This document shows positions 16,301-29,000 of a DNA stretch of 64,000 bases, one piece after another. Position 1 is the stretch's first letter. Every line of letters begins with the position of its first letter. The DNA is from Octopus vulgaris (Eukaryota): assembly GCA_951406725.2 (NCBI GenBank), contig OX597837.1, positions 13,082,001-13,146,000 on the forward strand. The letters run 5' to 3'. A model generated the notes under the pieces. That model was not told the origin of the DNA and ran no database searches. It worked only from the letters and a program-made list of their open reading frames with translations. Made by a program: the position numbers and the translations under genes.

Positions 16301-19300
16301 CTAACAACTGAAGCACAAGGTCACATACACACATTTCGATTGGTTAAGACTACTGCCATTCGATAAACTGAACAGCTGGGGAAACTAAAAATTTAGTTCC
16401 ACAAAGTTATGCCTGACAACCCTGCCTTGAGTGAAGAAAACTGAGAATCAATGTTCTGGTGATTATATAAACAAGTTAATTAGAGAAATGAATTCATTCA
16501 TCATCATCATTATCGTTTAACGTCCGCTTTCCATGCCAGCATGGGTTGGACGATTTGACTGAGGACTGGCGAACCAGATGGCTGCGCCAGGCTCCAATCT
16601 GATCTGGCAGAGTTTCTACAGCTGGATGCCCTTCCTAATGCCAACCACTCCGAGAGTGTAGTGGGTGTTTTTAAAGTGCCATCAGCATGAGGGCCAGTCT
16701 GGCGGTACAGGCAACGGCCACGCTTGAAATGGTGTCATTTACGTGCCACCTGCACAGGAGTCAGTCCAGTGGCACTGGCAACAACCTCACTCAAATGTTT
16801 TGTTCACGTCACTGGCACAAGTGCCAGTGAGGCGACGCTGGTAACGATCACGCTCAAATGGTGCTCTTTAGGTGCCAGACAGCTGCTCTGGCAGTGATCC
16901 CTCTTGGATGGAGCTGTTAGCGCTCCCCTGGCATGGGTGCCAGTCATCGAATTTGGTTCAATTTCAATTTCGGATGTTTTGATAAGAGCTGGCAAGCCAG
17001 AGGGCCACACTAGGCTACTGTCATTTGTTTTGATAAGGTTTCTCTAGCTGGATGCCCTTCCTCACACCAACCACTTTACAGAGTGCACTGGGTGTTTTTT
17101 ACATAGTGCCAGCAACATAAACTATTTACGTAAACAAATTAATCAAGTAAACAAACTTACCGGTTTTGTTTTTCTCCACAACAGGGGCCTTTTCACGAGA
17201 GTAAGAGATCGGATTGTGAAACTCCCTGAAAAATAAAGCAATAACCTAAATATCTTCCACCAAACCTTAGTCACAATTTGTGTTCCTAACACTAGTTGAA
17301 TGATAACTAAGTTATTTTACTAAACTCTTTGATATAATTGAAATTAATTGAAAGAAACACAGAGCATCTCAAAATAAATACGGTAACGAAAGGGTTAATG
17401 ATATCATCATCATTTAGCATTCAACTCTTCCATGTCTGTATGGATCAGACAGATATTTGTGGAGGCAGATTTTTTCTTTTCTAAGGCCAGATGCCCCTTC
17501 CTGTTGCCAACCCTCACCTGTTTCCAAGCAAGAGTAATATTTACCAATGGAAGACTGGAAATGAATACCCTTGTTTGTATGATGATGATGCTCATTTAAA
17601 ACTATCATGTGATATCTTGACAGGGGTCACGATGTCACATGATATACATCCATGTGCTTGTGCACACGCACACACATACAAAGGATCCTCAGATGCTAGG
17701 CTTCACTTAAGAAATGACAAGGGACTGAGAGATGTGGTGATTTGCTGTACTTGATAAAACACATGAAGCTGAGTGAAAAAGCTGCCTTCCACACATACAA
17801 GCTCATCCTTTCAGGTGCTGGTGCTACGTAAAAAGCACCTGTGCCAGTGCTGTGTTAACGTACCTATGTCACTGGTACATAAAAAGCACCCAGCACACTC
17901 TTAAGTCATTGGTCAGCGCCGCCCCGACTGGCCTCCGTGCCGGTGGCACGTAAAAAGCACCATCTGATTGTGGCCGTTGCCAGCTTCGTCTGGCACCTGT
18001 GCAGGTGGCACATAAAAAGCACCCACTACACTCTCGGAGTGGTTGGTGTTAGGAAGGGCATCCAGCTGTAGAAACACTGCCAGATCAGACTGGGCCTGGC
18101 GCAGCCTCCTGGCTTCCCAGACCCAGTTGAACCGTCCAACCCATGCTAGCATGGAAAACGGACGTTAAACGATGATGATGATGATGAAGGGCATCCAGCC
18201 ATAGAAACCACGCTTCAACAGACAGCTGGAGTCTGGACAGCTCCACACCAAACCGTCCAACCCATGCCAGCAGGGAAAGTGGATGTTAAATGATGATGAT
18301 GCACATACACACACACACACATATATAGATACAATGGGCTTCTTTCAGTTTCCATTTACCAAATCCACTCACAAGGCTTTGTGCGGTGGGATTGAACCCA
18401 AGACAACACAGTTGGGAAGCAAGCTTCTTAACCACACAACCATGCCTATGCCTGTAACAAACACATTCCTTCTTAAAAAAACAAACAAAAGTTGAAGTCA
18501 GCAAAGATTATCTGCCTCTAAGTGAAGAATCAGAAGAACTGTCTTACCGTTGGAACAGAGTCTGCTGATTGAGGGCCAACAAACCAGACACATAAATATC
18601 CTGTGGCAGGGCTTTCACACTTCCTTTGTTTTTCGTAAAATTTGTGCTTTGCTGCAAAGAGAGAAAGGAGAATTTTTGAAAAAAAAATGGTTTTATAATA
18701 ACTCTTTCCATTATAGTCAAAAAGCTTGAAATTTGGGGGTGGGGGTGGAAGTCAGTCGATAGCACCGACCCCAGCACTCAACTGGTACTTATTTTATTTT
18801 TAAGGTGGTGAGCTGGCAGAAATGTTAGTACACCAGATGACATGCTTAGCTGTATTTCATCTGTCTATGTTCTGAGTTCAAATTCCGCCGAGGTCGACTT
18901 TGCCTTGCATCTTTTCGGGGTCGATAAATTAAGTACCAGTTATGCATTGGGATCGATATAATCGATTTACTCCGTCTGTCTATCCTTGATTGTCCCCTCT
19001 GTGTTTAGCCCCTTGTGGGTAGTAAAGAAATAGGTACTTATTTTATTGCCCTCAAAAGGATGAAAGACAAGTTGACAAGCAGAGGGGTGAGTGATTTTCA
19101 TAAAGTCAAGTCATGTTGATTTCCTGCCATTATTCACCAGAGCAAAATTAATATAATGGAGCACATGAAACCAATGATGACCTGAGCTGAAATATCCAAA
19201 GAATGGATGAACAATCACCACCAGAACTTGTGAAGATTTTTACTTCATCCACCGTACTTACTACCTTGCAGAAGAGTAAACTCTTGCAGTTCTTTTCTTA

Positions 19301-20174
19301 TTTTACTTCCAAGAGTGAACATGTAAAATATTGTTTAATGGTATACATCAAAGGTTCTCAACCCATTTAGGCCAAAGGCCCACTTCTGACCCTTGGAGTC
19401 ACAAATGGCACCCTCTAGAAAATATTTTTATTTTTCAATATAAAAATTATTATGACATCAGCTGATAATGATTAAAAAATAAAGAATGTCGTTTTAGATA
19501 TGCACTTGTACAGATGTACAAATTGAAATGCAAAAAAAAAATGAAATGATAAATTGAAAGTTTAGTAATTGCATTTATTTCCACCACGCAACACTTATGA
19601 GATCAACATGTTGTGTATTTAAAGAATGCGCTTTGGTACAAGACAATCCCTTTTCTCCAAAACGCCCCCCATCGAGCTCCAAATGGCCCCCACCAAGGGG
19701 CTATGTGGCCCCCGTTGAGAACCTTTGGTATACATAATTTAGTAGCAAAACCCAAGGGAGACTTTAGACCCAAAGCAAAATATGTTTGCCTTTCAATGCA
19801 GATGTGGGTGGTAATGAAAAGCCTTACAAATTTCGACAGCCCTTTTTTTCCAGTATGTCAAACCTCTAAAATTGCTCTTTGGTAATGTCTTTCCTGCAGG
19901 CGTTGACTTGCAAAAGCTCAAGAAGAACAATAATGGCATCCATCGCAGCCATTCTATTGATCCACTAATTAGAACCACAACCGTGAAAAATACAGACAAA
20001 AAAGAAACAAAAAGAAATCACACTGACCTTACACTTTGGACACTTGAGTTTATTCTTGACCGTCAACTTGTTTATACAGGATTCACAAAATGTATGGCCA
20101 CAGCAAAGCAACTTTGGACGATGGGCATTCACGGAGGAACCTAAGGACAGAAATATCAGAAAAACATACATATT

Positions 20175-20205
<31 letters not shown>

Positions 20206-21270
20206 TCTTTTACTTGTTTCAGTCATTTGACTGCAGCCATGCTGGAGCACCGTCTTTAGTCGAGCAAATCAACCCCAGGACTTATTCTTTGTAAGCCTAG
20301 TACTTATTCCATCAGTCTCTTTTGCCAAACCGCTAGGGTACAGGGACGTAAACGCACCAACACCGGTTGTCAAGCGATGGTGGGGAGGGGGAGCAAACAC
20401 AGATATCGTCAAGCTTTTGGCAAAATTTGATGCAGATTCTCTGCTCAACTTTGCGTCATGGTCACTGCAATGATCACACGCTACACACCTTCCTTCCAAG
20501 CACTGCTGTAAACAGCAGAAGTGAGCTGGAACATTTAAAACTTAGTGCACATGCACAACAAGGTTCAAGGTCAATCTTTGCCAAGCAGCTTCACTCTGCT
20601 TGCTTTAGCTTCGTTACTATGGCAACATTCCGGATACTTATTGATCAGACCATGTACAATGTTCCTTTCTTTGTATAATGTATGGTTAGAGACACATCAA
20701 AGGTCTTTTATCAAGGACTACCTAAAAGACTTCAGCATTAATCTAGAGCCATATAAGAAAGTCTTCCTCCTGACAAATCTTCATGTCAGAGCCTCGTCAG
20801 AAAAGGTGCTACGATCCGGCAGGAGACAAGTTGTAACGAGGGAGCTGAAAGGGTCCAGAACCACGAGTAAATGAGTTACAACAGTTGTGAACCACCCCAA
20901 TACACTCATACAGAAGGGCGAACGAAGATATATACATACATTTTTTTTTCACTCTCTCAAGCTCTAGGACTCATAATGCCGGTTTCCATGGCGTATAAGT
21001 AACCGAGATCACAACATTCTATTTAAACGGGACTGTGGACCGCCGCAGAGTTCGAGGCCAGCAATTTTGAAGGGAGAGGACAGGTCATTACATCGTCCGC
21101 AGTACCTTGGTTGGGCTTGACCGCTAAGTTTATTTTATAGACGTCGAAGGGATGCGATTCGAGCTCAGAACGTAAAAAGCCGGAATTATTGCCACTAACA
21201 ATTTTGTCTGAGGTGCTAACGAGTCTACCGGTCTGCCGCCTTATATACATCTACACACACACACACACAC

Positions 21271-21312
<42 letters not shown>

Positions 21313-22333
21313 CATAAAACATATACACACATATACATACACAATTGAAGAATCCACAAGAAAATAAAAGTCAGTCCGTATTCATATGTTAATATTTGAA
21401 GTTTATCAAAAATATCACCGAGATGAACATTTTGGTTGCATTAATTTGTTTACAGATTCTTTATGAGTCTAAATTACTGTCTTTTTTCGTAGGGTTCGCA
21501 GAAACGAAGTCAGTATCGCTACGGCTTGATACGGATATCCCGAGAGGTTTGTGTGTTTACCAAACATCTTGGTTGTACGCGGTCGAACATGTGCGACCTA
21601 CGTTTGTATTGCGTGTAAATATAAAGAGCGAAACGAGTGCATGCGCCCATCGTCCTTTGATTGAGTAAAGGTATGAAGCTTGAAAGAGACTAAAGAAGCC
21701 GTTCAAACTTTCTATTTTCCTCTTGAATATTGGCGACATTCGCAGAAATTTAAACTGCGCATCTGAGGTTGGATTTACCGAATACATATACTCTTTTTAC
21801 TCTTTTACTTGTTTCAGTCATTTGACTGCGGCCATGCTGGAGCACCGCCGTTTTAGTCGAGCAAATCGACCCCAGGACTTATTCTTTGTAAGCCTAGTAC
21901 TTATTCTATCGGTGTCTTTTTGCCGTACCGCTAAGAAGGATGCAGAGAAAAGAGATGAAAAGATCAACATTTTTTTAATTTGGAGGCTGCTACTGTTGTT
22001 TAGTAGCAGATCACCTCCGGCCGGAAAAAAAAAAAAAAAACCTATATTCCAACCGTGGCCATCTCGTTTTTTGCAAGACATGTTATACCCAATGCATGCG
22101 TCTAGCTTTTTCTATTCTTACAGTAATGAAACGAAACACAATGTGAATTAAATGTGATTTTGGTAAGTTTCGTGGATATTTCCGTTGGTTCGATATTTGT
22201 ATTCGGTTCGAGTTTCCGAAGTGAAAATCGGATTTCAACTCGGAAAGAAGTTTTGTTATGAAATTCTAAAAAAGTGTTTACCTTGGATGCAGTAACTGTC
22301 GTTGCATGAGGGACAATTGGGGAGGAACTGCAT
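810..22333 (-). CDS. RNF17: RING finger protein 17 / TDRD4 / Qin-like (RING + 2 B-box + coiled coil + extended Tudor), 5' part; gene continues beyond the left edge
   Basis: 16 GT-AG exons join in phase without stops (about 494 codons): 22282-22333, 20028-20140, 18548-18651, 17161-17225, 15364-15449, 14038-14105, 12600-12741, 11199-11279, 8942-9042, 7202-7268, 6616-6664, 5819-5948, 4856-4927, 3651-3763, 1957-2031, 810-974. RING: CPSC...LLCCGHTFCESC...CPKC. B-box1: CFEC..ECLQCDVAMCNQCFKKVH..MH. B-box2: CLVH..YYCQDDEVNICSRCVIIGKHKGH. A coiled coil follows (IHEYFHFLHAKLQTREMQLIEE). The last exon begins an extended Tudor domain (VLVTHLKNPSDFMVQ). RBCC plus Tudor is the RNF17/Qin architecture. Confidence 0.88.
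1061..1280 (+). mobile_element. RTE-clade LINE ORF fragment (decayed)
   Basis: PIMLYDAETW...FEMRCLRAMVGVT..DRMRN*...LRWFGHM, with in-frame stops. Confidence 0.75.
2403..3050 (+). mobile_element. Three tandem copies of SINE family B (AAGG(C/T)GG(C/T)GAGCTGGCAGAA head); many more across the window
   Basis: Repeated GAGCTGGCAGAATC..TTAGC..GAGTTCAAATTCC..GACTTTGCCTTTCATCC units separated by (TTA)n. Confidence 0.8.
3074..3455 (-). mobile_element. Non-autonomous Helitron-like element; truncated second copy at 42119-42436
   Basis: Minus-strand 5' TC(TCTCTATAAATAAAG), 3' GC-rich hairpin plus CTAG, inserted between A and T without a TSD. Confidence 0.7.
9167..9902 (+). mobile_element. Three tandem piggyBac-like (TTAA, CCCTT ends) MITEs; further copies at 12818-13047, 15825-16053 and 17250-17398 (partial)
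   Basis: TTAA-CCCTTTTG(T/A)TA(T/C)CAACC ... GGTAACAAAAGGG-TTAA units of about 205-230 bp with near-identical interiors. Confidence 0.75.
10142..10340 (-). mobile_element. Mariner 3' end relic
   Basis: GLEKLKDRCNKCVKILEGIY resembles the mariner C-terminus, followed by a TIR-like end. Confidence 0.5.
10385..10920 (+). mobile_element. About 530-bp element flanked by (TAA)n; related copies at 54890-55262, 55320-55800 (opposite orientation) and 49350-49455
   Basis: Near-identical sequence at several loci, the longer copies bounded by TAA/TTA microsatellite. Confidence 0.65.
19349..19727. mobile_element. hAT-type MITE
   Basis: TIR CAAAGGTTCTCAAC / GTTGAGAACCTTTG with a perfect 8-bp TSD GTATACAT on both sides. 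Confidence 0.85.
20405..20657 (-). mobile_element. Mariner 5' end relic
   Basis: TIR-like TACATGGTCTGATCAATAAGT followed by EQRICIKFCQKL, typical of a mariner N-terminus. Confidence 0.55.
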
Positions 22334-22510
22334 GTTGCTGCGAAGCGGGACGACAACGGCTAAGAGCGCAAGACGGAGGTCGACTGGAGGTTCACCGACC
22401 AGGACATTTAAGAGAAGAGTTTTGAGTAGAAAAAGGGATTCTCGACAGGAAGTGAAACCTAAGTATTGTGCGACAGGAAGTAAGTTTTGTATTGACATCC
22501 AAGGGTAGGT
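22334..22510. promoter_or_regulatory. RNF17 promoter / 5' UTR, likely bidirectional, with tandem ETS-type sites
   Basis: CpG-rich relative to the gene body. CGACAGGAAGT occurs twice (22443-22453, 22471-22481). A plus-strand donor-like AAGG|GTAGGT lies at 22504. Confidence 0.5.
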
Positions 22511-22742
22511 AACTCTAAACGGAGAAAAACATGGGATGGGGGGATGGATGGGAACGGAGGTGTGAGGATGGGGTTTCTACGCATGAAGGTCGTTCTGCCT
22601 GCTAGAAATAGAAAACAAATCTCACTCAAATCACATAGTGCCGAATCAGAAGGTGGAGACACATTGATTAGCGACTTCTTGGATGAACTGTGCAGACAAA
22701 AGAGACGAGAGAGGAATACATATAATACTTTTGATCTGAATC

Positions 22743-22821
<79 letters not shown>

Positions 22822-23061
22822 TTATAGTATTATTGACTGTGTAGGGGTGGAGAGAGAAATGTAAGATAGTACAAGAGGGTGAAGAATGGGGAGAAAGTGA
22901 GAAAGAGAGAGAGAGGGAGAGAGAGAGTGTGTGTGTGCTTTTGTATCTGAAGAAAGAGTCAATGGAAAAGAGAAGGAAAGAAAGAGATTCTTGTCCTTTT
23001 AAAATGGTAAAATCAGGTGGCTACTGTATTTATGTATATATATATACATATTTTTGAGGTG

Positions 23062-23154
<93 letters not shown>

Positions 23155-23399
23155 CATACATATACTATTTTTATATTTATATACATACATACACATATAG
23201 ATATATATATACACATACATATATACTATATATATATATTTATACACACACACACTATATATATAGTGGGGGGCAGTGAGGCAAAAAGAAGTATCTTTAT
23301 TGCATTTCTGACAAAATATACTTTTTACAAATGTTCACTACCTTACAAAACCTACATCAGCCCAGCAAATGGCCTTCCCTAAATACATTAAAAGCATTA

Positions 23400-23760
23400 T
23401 AACATAATCTGATCACGTAGTCCCTCCATCACAAGCGATGCATTTGTGCCTTTGTTGAACTCAAATCTCAAATTTGAAAACATTCAGATATGCATAATTA
23501 CATCCACTTCTTTAAAGCCACTTTCACCTTGTATGTGTCACCAAATCATTGTCCTGAAATGGAACAAGGAGGACACTGATCTGGGCTTTACAATGGATGG
23601 GAAATACCAACCAGCTCAAAATACTGATTGCCTGATTTTTTGCCAAAGATGTGTGTGGTCATGCATTGTCATACTGAATGTGGACCATTCTCATATTCTT
23701 GTTTTATCTCTTACTCCCAATGGCTTCTCTAAACTTCTTGAGTATCTCGATGTACTGCTT
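23400..23760 (-). pseudogene. Decayed mariner transposase fragment
   Basis: Relic motifs YDNA*PH (HDNARPH), HPL*SPD (HPPYSPDL) and HKCIACDG (KCI..DGDY), with stops and frameshifts. Confidence 0.65.
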
Positions 23761-24949
23761 GCTGTTCACAGTGGTACAGCCACATTCCACAGAATTGTGG
23801 AGAATGTTACTCTTCTAGCAAAGTCTAGAATCAGAACCGTACAGCTCTAGCAACTAAGATGAGACCACACTCAGATCAGTCAACTACCCTGAGTACTAAC
23901 CAATCAGCTTGCAGCAATATCACCCCATATTATAGAATGTTCTATCATGTTCCAGATGTTCCTTCACAAAAAGGATGATGAAAGCGAATGTGTGCCAGAA
24001 TCAGCACAGAGGTTGGACGAGGTTCCAAAGGCATTAGTTGAACACAGTTTTCTTGGTCCCTGCCTATCCTGAGTTTAAAAAATAATTTTGTCTACAATGC
24101 ACTCTTCCAAGGACATACCTATTTCCTTATTACCCACAAGGGGCTAAACATAGAGGGGACAAACAAGGACAGACATAGGTATTAAGTCGATTACATCGAC
24201 CCCAGTGTGGAACTGGTACTTAATTTATCAATCCCGAAAGGATGAAAGGCAAAGTCAACCTCGGCGGAATTTGAACTCACAACGTAATGACTGACGAAAT
24301 ACCGCTAAGCATTTCATCCGGCGTGCTAATGTTTCTGCCAGCTCGCTGCCTTCTGCCAAGGACATACCATGAACACAATACCCTCATTTCTTGCCATACA
24401 AATAAGTAACCATCCAATTTTTGGTATAAAGCAAACCTGAGGCACACATAAGATGCACTTTAAATAAACAAGTTTTTTTGTTTGCAGCTCGACCCTGGGT
24501 TAAAGGAATTTGTCAACTGTGATGCAAAGAGTATGTTTCCTGCCTCTCACACGAAGCTAATATTTTTTTTGTTATTAATGTAACTATGAAGTACATTTAC
24601 TTCTAGAATATCACAATACACCCATGAAAAGCAGCTAAATAATTATGCAAGTATTGTGGTACACTCCTGTAAGAATAAATTTTTATTTAAACAACATTGA
24701 AATTGGTTTTATTATGGGACAGCAGCAGTCTTAATATCTTACCAATATCGTCTGTCTTTACATTCTGAGTTCAACTTTGCCCTTCATCCCTTTGGGGTTG
24801 ATAAATTAAGTATCAGTTGTATACTGTGGTTGATCTAGTCTACTGGCCCCCTCCCCCAAAATTTCAAGCCTTGTGCCTAGAGTAGAAAAGAATATCTTAC
24901 CGATACATCAAGATCCATTTAACCTAAGCTACACCCTTGTTGCTCACAA

Positions 24950-25330
24950 GAAAGAAAAAAACCTAATCACCCTGACTGTGCTGATCTTGAACTTCTTTGG
25001 CCATTTCTCTGATGGCATCAGAGTTCTGTCTTCTTCCTTCTTGCTAAAACTTTAGCCTTTGATAAGTTTAGTCTGAGGCATCTTGATTCTATGCTTCGTT
25101 TCTACATTTGAATTTTTTCTCTCAAAATCTTCCAGTCTCCACTATAAGGACTAGATCATAAGCTTATAGGACTTCATTTGGACAACCAGTCAAACTCCAG
25201 CGTTATGATCTGAATGACTATAACAAATAGGAGGGGCCTGAGAACCAAGCCTAAGTAGATATCTACTTGTGCTCCAGATTCCTCTCTAGACACATTTCTG
25301 ATTCTCACTTTGCTGGTTGCATCCCTCTGA
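24950..25330 (-). mobile_element. LINE reverse-transcriptase relic
   Basis: Degenerate G.VL.PLLFVIV and LRLNLSKAKV motifs with stops. Confidence 0.45.
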
Positions 25331-26042
25331 CCAACCATTTATCAACTCCTATTTTTCTTAGCAACCACCAGATTACAGATCGTAATATTCTATCAAAGGT
25401 TTCCTCTGGATCAACAAATGCAAGATAGGGAGATCCTCCATAACCAAAAACATGGGATTCCGTAAAAAAAACAAACAATATATATCCATTTTACTGTAAG
25501 TTATGATGGAAAAATCGGATCTTGGTGAATTTTCCGAAAGTCCCCACCCCACCCCCAGGGTCATCAGCACACATTTTTTTCATATTTGTTTTCCACACAC
25601 TTGACGTTAGGAAGGGCATCCAACTGGAGAAACTCTGCCAGATCAAGACTGGAGCCTGGCACAGCCATATGGTTTGCCAGCCCTCAGTCAAAATCGTCCA
25701 ACCCATGCTAGCATGGAAAGCAGATGTTAAACGATGATGATTGTTTGTACCCCGCAGGCTAGTTTATTACTTTTTTTGTTTCTGGGTGAAGGTCTTTATA
25801 TTGACTGAAATGTGAACATTAAAACAACTAGATAGACAATGAAATACCACTGGGTTTCAAAATCAATATTTGTGGAGATGATACCTCTCTTTACTGCACC
25901 AATTGTATGAAGAAAGCACAAACATCCCAGCAGTTCTTTTTCCTCTTCTCTTTAACAAATCAAATGAAATCAAACACTAACCAATCAAATTAAATAAATA
26001 TATTTTTATTTTTGCAATTGAAGTTTATCATGGTTCTGTGGT

Positions 26043-29000
26043 TTATTCTGATTTGCTTTGCTCTGAATAGGACAAGGGCTGAATGCGAAGAACTTCGGCA
26101 GAATTGTTGAAGAACCAACAAGTAACATGGACTTTGTCCACAGAGAAATAATACAGGCTATCTTTACAAAGGTTTCTCCGATAGACAGAACGGGGATCTT
26201 CGGATAGAATTGAACAGATTGCCTGACAGACTTCGTGTGAGTCTTGCAGGAATTCTAACCGATAATCCTGCCGCTTATTGTGTTGGCTGAACTTTTGCAA
26301 CTGCAGACGGGAACGTTCAGTGAAGAAAACAGTCAATTTGGGAACCGGAGCTTTAACGACCCAGTCTGCAGAAACAAGGGGTTGTGTTGATGTGGGGTTG
26401 AAGGATGGTGTTGTAGCAACTGTGGGTGAGGTTGCAGCGTATTGGATTACAGGAGGGAAAATAACAGAAGATGTAGTAGTAAGAGGTGTGGATTCAAAGG
26501 GAGTGGTAGTAAGAAGAGTGGAATCAGGGGGAGTAGAATCAGTATGAGTTGTTGTGAGAAGAGTGGGAGCAACAGGTGTGAAAGCCATAGATTCTTTTGT
26601 GGTAGGAGATTCAGAGGGAGTTGTAGTAAGAGGAGTGAAATCAACCTGGGTTTTGGTGAGAGGAGTGGAATCAACTTGGGCTGTGGTAAGAGGAGTGGAA
26701 TCAACCTGGGTTGTGGTAAGAGGAGTGGAAACAACAGGAGTTAAGGCAACAGATTCCTTTGTAGTAAAAAATGGAGTCACAGCAGCATCTGAGTTCAAAT
26801 CAACAAAGTTCGTTACAGCAATTGAGGCTGATTGGGAAGAAGATTTCAAAAGACAAACATTATGATTCTTTGTAGATGCTTTACTTGTTTCTTCAGCGTC
26901 TTCTGATCCTTGTGAACTTGCATGAGTGAAAATCTCTCCTGCCTGAGTCTTCTGAAATTTTTCTTGGCCTAAAGACTCATCTTCCAGGCAATAATTCTTG
27001 GATGCGAAACAAGAGTTTCGTGCTTTTTTACTTAAATCAAGATCTTCTTCAGTAATTCCAGAAGTGCTGTTTTCAATGGAATCCACCTCAAGCATTGTTG
27101 AATCCTCTGCAAAAACATCTGAAGAATTAGTTGGAGAGGAGCAAATAATTTTTTCTGTATTACTGGAGAGTTTTCTTTGTTCTGTTGAGCTGACTGAAGA
27201 ACTGAAGTCTTGTGTTGGTACTTGGTTCAGTGAAGTGTTGTGTTGGTTAAAGTTAGAACTTGGACAAGGAAGAACATTTGGGGACTGGTTGCTTGTGGAA
27301 TGATAATGTGATGAAGGATTGTTTTTCTCCACAGATTCAAATTCAGCATGAGAAGCACCTAGGGGACAGTCATATTGTGGTATGTAAGGTTTCACATCCA
27401 ATACTGGAGTTCCATCTAAAAGATCAATTCCAGAAAAGTGGATACTGGCACCTGTAATTAAAAAAAAATGTGAAAGCATTTGAATAAGGTAGATGTCAAG
27501 AATCATATCAGATCATATACCCAGGCTTACTCCCTAATTTTGTTTTAGGAATGGGGTAGCCACAACAAGACATACACCAGGTATTCCATTCATTTCCCAG
27601 CTCAAAGAAGCGAACCCCGTTCTATGCTTGGATCAAGGTGTAGAACGCAACCCCCCAATATCAGCAGTAGGGCCCAACAGCATATGCTGGTTTACCCCTG
27701 CCACATCATATGCTGGTTCCGTACCCCTTTGAGCAACATCAAATTCACTCATCTGTCCACAAAAACCCTCTCCAAGCTTTCCAATCTCTCTTGCCTCTCT
27801 CACTCCAACACCTCTAAAACTAGGGTCATGGTATGCCAAGAAAGACAACAAAATCAAAAACACACAACGGATCAACTTTAACACTATAACAGGAATAAAA
27901 CTACCTACAAAACAGTCCATGCTTGTAAACCATATTGCTCTGGGTTCAATCCCACAGTGTGACACTTTGGGCAAGTGTCTTCTACAACCCCAGGCTGACC
28001 AAGACATTGTGAGTGGATTTGATAGACAGAAATAGGAAGAAGTCTGTTGCGCGAGTGTGTGTTGTGTGCGTGTATTGTGTGTGTGCGTGTGTGCATGTGT
28101 GTGTGTGTGTGTCTTCCTGTCTTGACATTGTGTGACAGTCGTAAATGAGTGTCACTGTCATACAAGCAATTATTCATTTCCAATACTCCACAAGGACATA
28201 CCTCAAATAAGCTCCATCCGACTCATATAAGCATAGAAAAGTGAATGCTACGGCTGCAAAAGTGTTAAAAAAACCCAATAAAACAGAAACATTTTACCAG
28301 AAATCTTCTCTATTTTCGCAAGTGTAAGTCCAATCGGGTTTGGCCTGTATGGTGCTCTTGTAGCAAAAAGACCAATACGTCGACCGTCAAGCCTTGGGGG
28401 ACGTACTTTAGCTTTGAAATAAGCATTGTTGTTTTTGTGGAACACAAAGATAATCCTGAAAGATAAAATTAACGAAATACAGTTAATCCCTTCCTACGAA
28501 GGAGGACTGACTGAAAATACGAAGTTAATAATAGAACCAAATGAATAAGTGAGTGCTCTATAACCTATTAGGATAATGGGGTTACGACATGAGGGTTTTT
28601 TAAATTGATTTTCTTTAGCTAAAATGTTTAAGTTACCAGAACTAGAAATGAGAGAGAGAGAGAGAACTATAGTGTTAAAATGCCTTGCACACAAGTGAGA
28701 TGGTGAAGTGGGCAGCAATGAAAACACAAAATCAATACATGTTTAGGTAAACCTTTATCTTATAACCATGTGGTCAGAAGCCAAGCATGTTAACCCCACA
28801 TCTACAGACAGGCAGGCAGAGAGAGAGAGGGAAATGCACATACACAACAAGCTTCTTTCAGTTTCCATTTACCAGATCCACTCACAGGCTTTTGATAAGG
28901 GTAAAAATTCTTTCCAATTCGCAAAGACTCGTACGGCTGGTTTCTCAGTTCCAGCAACACATATATTCTCTGCCCTCCTGGATGGGGCACTAGTCCTTCG

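Noticed and set aside
23974-24072. Possible C/D snoRNA (ATGATGA...CTGA)
   Set aside because: No terminal stem and no recognisable antisense element to rRNA.
27452-27506. N-terminal 18 aa of the 487-aa ORF-track protein
   Set aside because: Intronic; the true acceptor is at 27451, spliced to upstream TRMO exons.
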